Virus record (IMG/VR): IMGVR_UViG_3300020465_000027
Span: 1 to 54,298 of that record
DNA length: 54,298 bases
Reading direction: 5' to 3' (one strand)
From: a virus
Lineage: Duplodnaviria; Caudoviricetes
Position 1 is the stretch's first letter, and every line of letters begins with the position of its first letter. The notes under the pieces were generated by a model, which made no database searches, was not told the origin of the DNA, and was given only the letters and a program-made list of their open reading frames with translations. Shown here one piece after another: positions 26,815 through 37,900 of the stretch. Position numbers and translations under genes: made by a program.

Positions 26815-29490
26815 CTATTCCCCTATTTTTAATGCGGTTAATGTTATATCTATCGCAGAAGATGTATTACTTCTGTTTACAACTGAGATATACATTGTTG
26901 TAGTTCTAGGATTATCATTGTTGAATCCCATAACGCCAGGTGTGACCAATACACTTTGATTGGAACCTGATGTTCTTACCTCAGCAATTACACCTCCACC
27001 TGGCGTTGGATCGGATCCTTCACTTCTAGTATCATCTGCTTGTCTAGATGCATCATCAACAAAAACTCTAATCCACGCCTCTACAGAAGATGTAATCTTA
27101 TATAGAACGTACCCTTTATAACCATTAATATTTAGATCAACTGTTGCTCCTGGTGCAACTGAATTAGTAGTTCCTGTTAAATCAGTAATAGATGGTGTTG
27201 TTGACCCTCCTGATGAACTGATAACCCCATTACCATCAATAGTAATAGAAGTCCCGTCAATTTTAACACCACCAAGGACAGTAGTAGAAGCTGTTGGTAA
27301 TGTGTAATTTCCCTGTACTGCACTTAACGTGCCATCTGCTGATATTGTTAAATTATTTCCTACCTTAATACCACCAAGAACTGATACACTAGCAATAGGT
27401 AGTGTGTATGCACTTGGTATGCTAGGTTTATTAAGTATCTGTGCCAAACCAGACGTGGCATCCCAATCAGATTGAACAGGAGCAGTGCTATTAACTGTAA
27501 TCTTATTGTTAGAACCATCCCAAGAAATATCAGTTCCATTACTACCTACAAATTCAATTGTATCTGTGGTTCCACTTGCAGGAACTAAATTTAATAATGC
27601 TTGGTTACTTGTGTTATTACTACCAGTAAGATCATATGTCGTACCTCCTCCACCTCCACCACCTGCTTGTGCAGTAGCACTTAATGTTTTGTTTACACTA
27701 TCGTAAGTAAATGATATATTTTGATGTGTGCCACCAAGAATCATTGCAGAAGCAGCGTCTTTAGCATCATTATCAGTATAAGTTCCACCTCCACCTGCAC
27801 CTTGTCTAAAGGTTAAGGTATTAGCATCTGTTCTTTCTACTGTGATACCATCAGCACCTCTAAATTCAATATCATCAGTTCCTGCTACATCCCCTGTTCC
27901 TGTCAATCTAAACTTTGCAGCACTACCTGTTCCTTGCTCTGCTGAAATAGAATACCCATAAGTAGGTGCATCTAATATAGGAAATGCATCTACCCATTGT
28001 TGACTATCAACATCGTGATAACGAACTTTTAATCTACCCTCATTTGATTTGTACCAAAGATCACCGTTTTGTGGAGTTGGATTTGTAGGAGGAGTATCAG
28101 AGACACTAACATTAGCTCCACTAGAACTGCTACCACCACCTCCACCAGCGTTGTTAGAAGTATCTACCCATTGATTACTAGATCCATCTTCATACCAAAC
28201 CTTAAGTTGACCTTCATCAGATTTATACCATAAATCTCCGCTACTAGGATTTGATGGTGCTGTGTCAGAAACTGTTACAGAACTGCTACCTCCACCACTA
28301 CCAGAAATATCAGTATCATTAATCCAACTAGTCCCATTATATTTTAATACTTGTCCATTGGTAGGACTAGTAATACTAACATTAGATAATCCCTCAAGAG
28401 TTATTATATCTGGAGCAGATTCCCAACTGCTACCATTATATTTTAATATATGTCCATTAACTGCTCCAACTGTAGATACATCAGTTAGATTTGCTAATGT
28501 TCTTTGTGTTAGATCTGTAAAACTACCAGTAGTTGCTACAGTTGCAAGAGATGGTTTGTTTAAAATAAATGATGGTTTTGAACTATCTTGTTCTGCCCAA
28601 TCAGATTTAAATTGTGCTAAGTGTTGTGTGGTTGGTTCATTAACCCAGTTAGATCCATTCCAACGTAACATCTCATCAGTCTGTAGGTTGGTCAGAACAG
28701 GAAGTAGATAACCTTGTGCAGCATGATTACCCCAACCATGTGCTGTATTCCAATTATTAATTAATGTTGATGTAATGCCAGATGCAACAGAAGCAGAAAA
28801 TATAGGATCTGTTTCTGTAAATGATGAGATATATGTGGGTGTAAAATTTTCCCACCTACCTGCACCAGAATTATATTTTAATAGTTGACCATTTTGTGTA
28901 TTTGTATCAGTAACATTACCAATGTCATTGAGAGTGTTGATTTGAGTTCCACCAGCATCAACAGCATTTGTCCATCTATTATTGGTGCTATCGTATTTTA
29001 ATACCTGATTATTCTGAACATTACTAATAAATACATTTCCAATATCATTAATATCAGAAATACCCGTAAGTGGTTGATTAACCCAAGAACTACCATCATA
29101 TTGAAGAACATGGGTATTTACTGGATTACTTATAATTACACCAGGAATGTCATTAAGTGTTGCTGTATTAAGTCTGTAAAGACTTAAATTTGCTGGAGTA
29201 AATGTAAATGTGCCATTTGTATTATTATATGATAAGGATCCATTACCAGCTGGACTAGCAGTTATGATAGAAAAACTGGTACTAACGATGTCCGTGTCAA
29301 GAACCCATTCAGTACCATTGTATTTTATTATTTGTGAATTTGTCGCACCAGATGCTGTTACATCAACAAGGTCATCTAGATTAAATGTATCTACTTGCTG
29401 TTTTAAATTGAATACATCAACAGCTAATTCATTAATTTCTTTCCTTTGCTGTTCAAAAGTATCAGTTTTTGGGACGTTCCTTAATACCAT
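26815..29490 (-). CDS. Tail fibre protein (mosaic repeats)
   Basis: TFEQQRKEINELAVD N-terminus; LNDI.NV...GQ.LKYNG..W repeats; SDTAP..GDLWYKS repeats; YTLPTASTTVLGGVK motifs. Confidence 0.8.
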   Translation of the reverse strand: MVLRNVPKTDTFEQQRKEINELAVDVFNLKQQVDTFNLDDLVDVTASGATNSQIIKYNGTEWVLDTDIVSTSFSIITASPAGNGSLSYNNTNGTFTFTPANLSLYRLNTATLNDIPGVIISNPVNTHVLQYDGSSWVNQPLTGISDINDIGNVFISNVQNNQVLKYDSTNNRWTNAVDAGGTQINTLNDIGNVTDTNTQNGQLLKYNSGAGRWENFTPTYISSFTETDPIFSASVASGITSTLINNWNTAHGWGNHAAQGYLLPVLTNLQTDEMLRWNGSNWVNEPTTQHLAQFKSDWAEQDSSKPSFILNKPSLATVATTGSFTDLTQRTLANLTDVSTVGAVNGHILKYNGSSWESAPDIITLEGLSNVSITSPTNGQVLKYNGTSWINDTDISGSGGGSSSVTVSDTAPSNPSSGDLWYKSDEGQLKVWYEDGSSNQWVDTSNNAGGGGGSSSSGANVSVSDTPPTNPTPQNGDLWYKSNEGRLKVRYHDVDSQQWVDAFPILDAPTYGYSISAEQGTGSAAKFRLTGTGDVAGTDDIEFRGADGITVERTDANTLTFRQGAGGGGTYTDNDAKDAASAMILGGTHQNISFTYDSVNKTLSATAQAGGGGGGGTTYDLTGSNNTSNQALLNLVPASGTTDTIEFVGSNGTDISWDGSNNKITVNSTAPVQSDWDATSGLAQILNKPSIPSAYTLPIASVSVLGGIKVGNNLTISADGTLSAVQGNYTLPTASTTVLGGVKIDGTSITIDGNGVISSSGGSTTPSITDLTGTTNSVAPGATVDLNINGYKGYVLYKITSSVEAWIRVFVDDASRQADDTRSEGSDPTPGGGVIAEVRTSGSNQSVLVTPGVMGFNNDNPRTTTMYISVVNRSNTSSAIDITLTALKIGE

Positions 29491-29689
29491 CAGGATTAAC
29501 CAATTGCTTTAATAGAGACTTGATCTCACTTAACTCACCTTTTAGATAATCTAATTCATGTTCCATATTTTGAAACTTTAACTTAGACCTCTTATATTTC
29601 TCAAACGAAGACCTATCGGTATTTATGATTGCACCTGAATTAACATCCCTATAGAGATGATCATTGTCTTTTACTTTTATATGGTTCAT
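29462..29689 (-). CDS. Small conserved cyanophage protein with coiled-coil C-terminus
   Basis: KVKDNDHLYRDVNSGAIINTD followed by LKGELSEIKSLLKQL; overlaps the next start by 29 nt. Confidence 0.7.
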   Translation of the reverse strand: MNHIKVKDNDHLYRDVNSGAIINTDRSSFEKYKRSKLKFQNMEHELDYLKGELSEIKSLLKQLVNPDGIKERPKN

Positions 29690-29699
29690 TCATTTTTTA

Positions 29700-31973
29700 T
29701 TAAGGGAATGTGATGTTCATTCTATCATGTGCCCATACAGTGATTTCAACATTGTACTTCACATAGTTATTGTTTGCATCAGTAGTATACTTAAGAGTAC
29801 CACCACCAGCACCATTACTAGTCCAAGCAAGAGATCCGACAGCAATACTAGTTCCTACGATGAAGTTTATGCTTGGTGTTTGTTGACCAAGAGTGTATCC
29901 AGAATCCGATCCAGTTCTTCTTGCATCTGCATATGCTGTAATAATTCCTGCTTGAGCATTTGCAGCAGCAACGCAATACATTTTAAGTTCAATCACAACA
30001 TGTGAATTACCACCAGTATTAGTAAGAGTAAGTATATCATGAGTGCTTTCACTTGTTGCACGAACAAATGAATGTGCCCATCTCTTCACATAATTAGTAT
30101 CAGTACCGTCATCAGTTCTCAATTCTAATAGGTTAGAGGTGTTTGCAGAAACACTTACAGCAGCATTGTGATAAGACTTACTATTATTAGATCCAATAAG
30201 CAAATTACCTGTCGTACCATCAATACGAAGTCTTTCATGTGAACCGTCTGTAATACCTTTTCCAGAATTTGAACCAGATTTTGCATGAAAAGTTAGATTA
30301 CCATTATATGAATATGAAATACCTGCACGAATATCAGCTATATTTGGATTAGCATCATCAATTCTTCCACCGAAACCAATCATAGGTCCAGATTGATCTG
30401 TTCCAGTTCCATTAACCGATTGATCATGATCTTGACCCCAAATGGTCATAGCAAGTTTACTGGAATCATTTGAAACAACTCCACCATAGTCTCTTCTAAA
30501 GATGGATCCTAAATCAGTAGTTGATCTTACATCCAAAAATCCTTGTGGATTAGTTTCATTGATACCGACTTTACCACCAAACGGATTTAACAATAAATTT
30601 TTAGCATTATTTCCAACACCGTTTGCTCCTTGTAAATAAGGAAAAGCATTAACAGTTTCAACTCCTATCCAAAGAGAATCAGAACTGTTAGTAGCACCCT
30701 TAACTCTAAGTGCTGCTTTTGTAACTGAAGTTGCTAAATCATTTGCTGAAGATGCAAATTCTTGAGCACCTTGAACTTCTAGGACTGCTTGATCTGGAGA
30801 TGTATAATTTATTCCAACTTTACCATCAGGTGTGATTCGCATCCTCTCTTCAAGAGTATCATTACTAGTAATAGCGTTAGGATTGGTGGCAAAATATAAA
30901 GCATTACCAGGACCTGGATTTGAATATTCTACTCCAATTGATGCACCTCTATTGGTAGTTCCTGTACCTACGGTGAAATACATGTCAGCAGTAATACCAA
31001 GAGCAGAACCATTAGCATTGTGTATTCTTAAAGCGTCGTATCCAGAAAATTGTGTAGTGTTGCTACTATTCCCGTCAATATTTAAAGCACCACTAACATC
31101 AAGACCACTGTTTGCATCTACGTTTCTGTCAAATATTACGCTACCAGCAGACGCATTATCACTAAATCTTAAATTATCACCATTACCATAAATATCCCAC
31201 TGACCTGTACCACTGCCAGCATACATTCTAACATAATCACCTGAACTTGAACTCTCTGCCTTAAATGTTTTGTTTGCACCAGTAATTATTACATCATCAG
31301 ATGAAGATATAGTTCCTGTTACAGAAAGACCAGTGCTACTAAAACTACCAACTAAAGCATTAGTAGTTCCTCCATAAATTCCAACAGAAGAACCTTTAAC
31401 TCTTAATTCTTTATATGCAGTAGTTCCTCTATCATAAGAAATGATCTGTCCAGTATTCGCATCAGGTGCATTTATCTCAACACCAGATCCAGTGGTAGGA
31501 GAAGTATTTCCTGTAAACTGACCACGAGGTGCTTTTAAGAAAGTAGTCCCTTCAAGACCAATACTACTCACAAGAGCATCATTAGCATCAACAAAATTAA
31601 ATGTTATATCTGTAGCAGAGTCAATCGTAATACCTGCACCATCAGCCTGAGCATCACTAGTGCTTCCTTTAGAAATTAAAATATTTTTGTCAGTGATTTC
31701 AAGATTAGTCGTATTGACCGTTGTAGTAGTTCCTGTGACATTTAAATTTCCACTTATCGTAACAGTACCACTACCACTGTTAGAATTGATTGTGAAGGCA
31801 TTAGGTACTGCTAGAGTTTGACCAGTAAAATCATTACTACCATCATGTTTTAAATAAGTAGGAGCAGCAGTATTTACTGTTGATTCAAAAGTTGTAAAAT
31901 CAGCAGCGAGTAAATTAATTTCTTGCCTTTGTTGCTCAAAGGTAAAATTTGTTGCTACATTTCTTTGTGGCAT
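29700..31973 (-). CDS. Tail fibre protein
   Basis: TFEQQRQEINLLAAD N-terminus; GNLNVTGTTTTVNTTNLEITDKNI, ERMRITPDGKVGIN and ERLRIDG repeats; GAGG RBS. Confidence 0.75.
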   Translation of the reverse strand: MPQRNVATNFTFEQQRQEINLLAADFTTFESTVNTAAPTYLKHDGSNDFTGQTLAVPNAFTINSNSGSGTVTISGNLNVTGTTTTVNTTNLEITDKNILISKGSTSDAQADGAGITIDSATDITFNFVDANDALVSSIGLEGTTFLKAPRGQFTGNTSPTTGSGVEINAPDANTGQIISYDRGTTAYKELRVKGSSVGIYGGTTNALVGSFSSTGLSVTGTISSSDDVIITGANKTFKAESSSSGDYVRMYAGSGTGQWDIYGNGDNLRFSDNASAGSVIFDRNVDANSGLDVSGALNIDGNSSNTTQFSGYDALRIHNANGSALGITADMYFTVGTGTTNRGASIGVEYSNPGPGNALYFATNPNAITSNDTLEERMRITPDGKVGINYTSPDQAVLEVQGAQEFASSANDLATSVTKAALRVKGATNSSDSLWIGVETVNAFPYLQGANGVGNNAKNLLLNPFGGKVGINETNPQGFLDVRSTTDLGSIFRRDYGGVVSNDSSKLAMTIWGQDHDQSVNGTGTDQSGPMIGFGGRIDDANPNIADIRAGISYSYNGNLTFHAKSGSNSGKGITDGSHERLRIDGTTGNLLIGSNNSKSYHNAAVSVSANTSNLLELRTDDGTDTNYVKRWAHSFVRATSESTHDILTLTNTGGNSHVVIELKMYCVAAANAQAGIITAYADARRTGSDSGYTLGQQTPSINFIVGTSIAVGSLAWTSNGAGGGTLKYTTDANNNYVKYNVEITVWAHDRMNITFP

Positions 31974-31989
31974 TGTATTGATCCTCTAA

Positions 31990-34900
31990 TTAGTATGATG
32001 CGACAGCTCTTAGATCTTGAATCTTAGGAACATAAGCGGGATTACGTGATTTCATTATAAGTTTTACAGCAAATGATGAAAACTCAGGAAGATCTTCAAC
32101 GCTATAACTTAACTCCTGATAAGATGATTGTTTTTCAGTAATGCCACTAATAGCGTTTTCTGAAGTTGCAATCGCATCATTATCTGGTATTCCTATATCA
32201 TTAAAGTATACCCACTCAATGTCTTCAAAGTTTTCTTGTGATGAAGATTTCTTTATTCTATATAGGAGTCCGATGTTGTTTATGTCACTGGTATTAGCAG
32301 TAATTTTTACGTTAATTCCTGTTGCTGGATTTTCAATAGCGACTTCTTTTGTTACATACTTAGCAACATTAGAACTATTTTTTGATTCAATATCTGATAT
32401 AAAATCTACACCATCAGTATATGTAACTTTTGATACTTGAATAAATCCTTCTTCGCCAGTTGTTTGACCTGTATATGAGATGTAATCATCTACACGGAAG
32501 ATGTCAGTTGCTTGTGAATCTACAATAGAATTTCTAGCAAATGGATCATTAGCAATCCCAGTTGCTTTACTTGTGTAATCATCATTTACTGGTTGTTTAT
32601 CATTTGTGATAGTTAATTGACCTGCTTTACTATCCCATAAAACAATAGAACCATCAATTATATTATTATAAGTATTCGCAAATCCATCTGGACTTCTAGC
32701 AATTATTTTACTTACTGCTGTTGTATTAGGGAACTGAGGAACAATCTGTGTAATAGAAGCATTGTTAACAGTAACTTTATTTGTACCATTATCATTTAAC
32801 GCTGTTTGTGTGGTAAATTTCAATGTTTCACCAGCTAAAAATGTATTGGTTGTTTTAACAACCACAGTTAAATTAGCACCATCAACTTTAACAAGTTTTC
32901 CAGAAGCATTACTTGTAACACCTGTAACTGTATCTAATCCTTGTACATTAGTGCCAGGAGCTGTAAAGTTAACTCCACTATGTGTATTTGTAACTGAGAA
33001 TTGGTACACAGGATAAAATTCTAGAATCTGATCTCTACGTCCAAATCTATCTTCTTTACCAGCAACATATTCTACTCTATTAGAAATAGTTTTAAGAGAT
33101 GCTCTAGAAAGATCTACTAGTGGAGAAAGAGAGTCAACTGTACTTGAAAGATCAAGTTTATATGTAATAGATCTACTAATATTATTAATAGATTCATTAA
33201 TAGTTGACGCAATAACTTTTTGATTAATAAAGAAGAAATCTTCGTTTAAAAATGTCTTCTCATAATCTGATTGTGTATATGATTCAAATGTTCCTACATT
33301 ATCATCTACAGGTTTAATATTAGTAGTTTTAACTGTAGAATCAATCTTAGTTTGTGAGAATGAAAGATTAGGAATAATAGCATGAACTTTTTCAAACTTT
33401 CTATTATAAGATGCTAGTACATTTGTACCACCACCAAATGCATTAGAAGATGCTCTGTTAGATGTTGTGATTACATAACTATCAATACCACTATTACTTA
33501 CTTGATATAATTCAGAATTTAATTTAGTTGCAGTTACTCCACCAACATTAGTTGCTGATTTAAAGAATACATATGATTTTCCAGAATCTTCAAATCCATT
33601 GTCAAAATGATTAACTTTAACCTTAAAATTATTATTTTTAAATAACGATGACGTAGCACCAGTATTTGCTTCTGCGTTAGTTTCTATCGGATCAACATCA
33701 AGTTTTTCATATCCAAGTTCTTCATTTGTAAGAAGTAATGACGCAGTTCTAGAAATATCAAATTTAGCACGATTAATATTAAATTTGAGATCTTCAAATA
33801 AATCTTCAGTCCAATCATTAGTGTTCTGAGACTTATAAAGAGATCCAAGCAAAGGTTGTGTTGTAACAGTTGTACTTGTAGCAATTTCTACCTCACCTAA
33901 TTTAGATGCCCATACAAGATAATCAACAGAATCTGTTTCTAATACTAGAGCATACTCAGTATCATTTTCTAAGTAAACAGGATAATCAAAAGCAAAATTA
34001 GTTGCAGTTGTAGAATTAACAGTGTTGGTTGATGCATCATCAATAGCAATACCCATTCTAACAGCTGGACTATCAATGGTAATAGAAGATGATATTACAG
34101 CACCAGCATTTCCTGTACCTGTACCTGCAATAATAACAGCAGGTGGTTCGGTATATTCAGAACCAGAAAGAACTACTTCAGAATTATAAACTTTACCATC
34201 GCCAACTCTAACAGTTGCAGTTGCAGTACCACCGCCAGGTAACTGAGGACTCTCAATAGTTACAATAGCAGATTCATAAGATGATCCAGTATTAGTTACC
34301 GATAATCCAGTTACTCTACCAGAATCTTTTACTATTTTAAAAGTGTTAGTTGTGTTACTAGTATTGTTAGCAAGTATTAAAGAAGGTACATTTAATATTT
34401 CATCTTGTTGGAAAGATACACCAGTATGATTATCAAGAACTAATGTATATACTTGATCATTTGTTAATGTAAATACGCCAGCAGAAGATGGAGTAACTTC
34501 AATTTTATTTTTATCAAACACTCTAGAAATAGGACCTGATGCATTAGATATACTACCAGTTACTTTTTCTCCTTTAGTAACTTCTAAAGTAGAACTAGCA
34601 ATTACTCTCAAGAAAGTATCTGGAGAAATAACTTTTTGTGTGCCAGGCACAATGTTTTTACCAGGTTTTCCATTTTGTACATCTGTTAGATATACTCTAA
34701 TAGGAATTTTATCACTCTTAGCAGAGAAGTATAAATCAACACCTGTTGTAAATACACCACCATCAAAATTCTCAACCTTAAATGTTTGAGCAAGAGGATT
34801 AGGTCTAATTGGATTAGCAGTGTTACTTGCTGTCAATTGTGTTCCTTCATTTGCTTTAAAGAATGCAGGAGATGTAGATATGATTGAAGATGGATTATCA

Positions 34901-37900
34901 GGAATTGCTCCAGTAGCATAGAATTTTACTTCAGCATATGTTTCTACTGCATTTTTATCAGCATCAGTTGAACTTGATGTAAATCTTATTGTTTTGATAC
35001 CTGTAGTAAATCTAACTTCACTTGAAGCATCGTCATAAAGAACAGTATCTACATTTCCAGTCCATATAGTATTTTCTCTAGGTGCTTTTCCAGAAGGTAT
35101 TAAAATAATACCACTAGCATTTCCATTTTCATCTGTTGTAATAGAACCATTAAACGCAGACAAAGAATTACCAGCAATACCTGTAAATCTTGCGTCAGGA
35201 TTTACCCAACGAGCAATATTTTGACCTTCCATAAAAGCAAATACTGTTGTATTTGGTTTTAAACGATTGATTACATATTTTACAGGAATACTTCTTGCGA
35301 AGAATGATAAAGATGTAGCGACAACATTAGATCCAACACCCTTTGTATTGATGCCTTTACCAATTTCATTATTCTGAGGACTAATGTTAGAAGAACTACC
35401 AACAGAAGCATTAGCAACAGTTGAACTAGAAAGATTATTATTAGTTTCAGCAAAAGATCCAATATTAAAGAATGCTCTATTTGCTCCTATCCAATTAACT
35501 TTATATGAATTATAAAGACTTGATAGAGAATCTCTTATACTATCTTTTGCTAAGAATATAGAATATAAATTAGTGTTATTATCATTTACTAATGGTGCTG
35601 TGCTATTATCATACCAAGAATCAACACTAGGTCCTATAAATGAATCTCCAACATATTGTAATACAACAAATGGATTTGGATTTATTGTTTTAGTAGCAAA
35701 ATCATTACCAAGTAATTTTAGTTCTGTATATGGTAAAGTTACACGATCTCCAATCCTTTTGTAACCAGCAGTTGTTCTTTGATCATCTCTGGTATAAACT
35801 TCTTTTAAATTAAGTGATTCTTCTTTAGATTGTGCTCTCATTACAGATTGTTGTGTGTCAATAGCACACTTGTAATCAACGGATCTTAATGAACCAATTC
35901 TATGTGTCTCAAAATTGTCTACTATAAAACCACTCTTAAAACGATTATTTCCACTACTATCAATAATTTCCATATTGAGTGCTTGTTGCTCAAGTATACT
36001 CAATGTTGTATAGTATTCTAATCTTTCAATTCTTTTTTCTAATTTGCCGATATCACGCATTGTATAACGCTTATTATCAACAGGAGAAATTCTTACATCT
36101 TTATTTGATTGTGTAAATGCAGGAATATAAAGATATGCTAGTGCAATAGCATCACCAACTGGATCAGGTTTAGATGGATTGAGAGAGGAGTTACCCTCTT
36201 TAATAATAAAATCACCCTTGTTGTTTAAAAAGACTCCATCAATACGATCTAGATACTGTTTCTGTGTAAATGAGAATGTATATTCTAACCCATTATCAGG
36301 TGCAGGTGTACTAGAAACAATACCACCACTACCTGTAAATGATCTTGTATTTGCAGCACCTAGTAAAGTCGCATTAGTGGTAGCACTATTTTGGAAACCA
36401 GAAATAATTGCAGCACTATCTACTTTAGGTCTAAAATCAAGAACATCACTCAAATTAACATTACCTAATGCGGGTGAATTATATGTTGGAATCTTATCAG
36501 CTGTAACACCAGCTTCGTGCAAGTAAGAATCTACTACACAGAAATCTCCAGCTGTATGTTCAAAATAATCAAAAGCAACTACAATTTTTCCTGTTGGAAC
36601 GTCAGCACCTGGTTTTAAAACAATTCTAGAAACATCATATAGAGTGTCTCTTTGTCCATTATCAAATGTAAATCTATTTGTAATATCTGTACCACTAACA
36701 AGAGTTCCATTCTTATCTACAGTTGGAGCATCAGATGATGATCCCATGTAAACATATCTTAAATTGTATACATCAGCATATGTTGATACAGTTGTACTAG
36801 TTGTATCATAGTCAGTTCCTCTTAGAGGAAGAACTCTATCACCGACAGAATCTATAACAATTCTCTTATTTTCAATAGAAGTCTTAAGTCTTGGTTTTGC
36901 CTTAGTAACTTCTAAAGTAGCAGTTAACTTAAGTTTAGGAAATGCACTGTATGTTGAAGATGCAGAACCAAAATAATTATCTGGAAGATTTAATGTAACA
37001 CTACCAGAAGTAAGTCCGCTTGAAGCATCAATAGATGATGTGATAGTTACTTGATCTGAAGTGATAAACAATACATCACCCTCAGATATGAGAGAGGTCC
37101 CAGATGTAACGCCAGGATTAAGAACAGTAATTAAGAAATTACTTTCACTGAATGAGACAAATCTTTGTGTACCAAAATCTAATTGTGCAGCAAAAGCAAA
37201 TCCACCATTAGTTAATCCACTACCAGTGCTTACAAAATCTCTTCTTAGGAAGTATTCTATCTTAGAATCATCAGCACTTGATACAAGTGAACTAACTTGA
37301 TTAGTTCCTGTTTTGTAAATAAGAGCACCAGAATTAAAATTACTGATTGCAGGTCTTACTCTAACAACACTACCATTTGTTACATTAGCAGATAAAGATC
37401 TATCTAGATAAATTCTAGATTTTAATACTCCAGATGGTTGTGTAGCTTGTTGAACAATTGCACGAATAGTTGTATCAGTTACATCAGTAAATTGTATTAA
37501 ATCTCCTTGCTGTAAAAATCTAGAAGTATCTCCACCGAATCCATTACATTCTATAAATTTTTCACCAAGTTTACCACTAAATGTAAAGTCTGTTACTGAT
37601 GTAACCTCAGCATATTTTTCTCTATTGATTTCAATATCAGCAGTATACTTATTAGCATTGCCAGAACCAAACTCGCAGAAGAATGATTTGACATTTTGTG
37701 GTGTATATGTAACCACTGAATCTCTTGCAAGAACTGGAGTAACAACTGCACCAGTACCCGCACCACCACTAGGATTAACTACAGTAACAATAGGAGGTCT
37801 TGAATATTCTACATTAACAAGATCTCTATTTACAATCTCCGCACTTATAACTGAATTTCCAGAGAGTGTTAAATTAATTTTTGATATATCAAAATCAACA

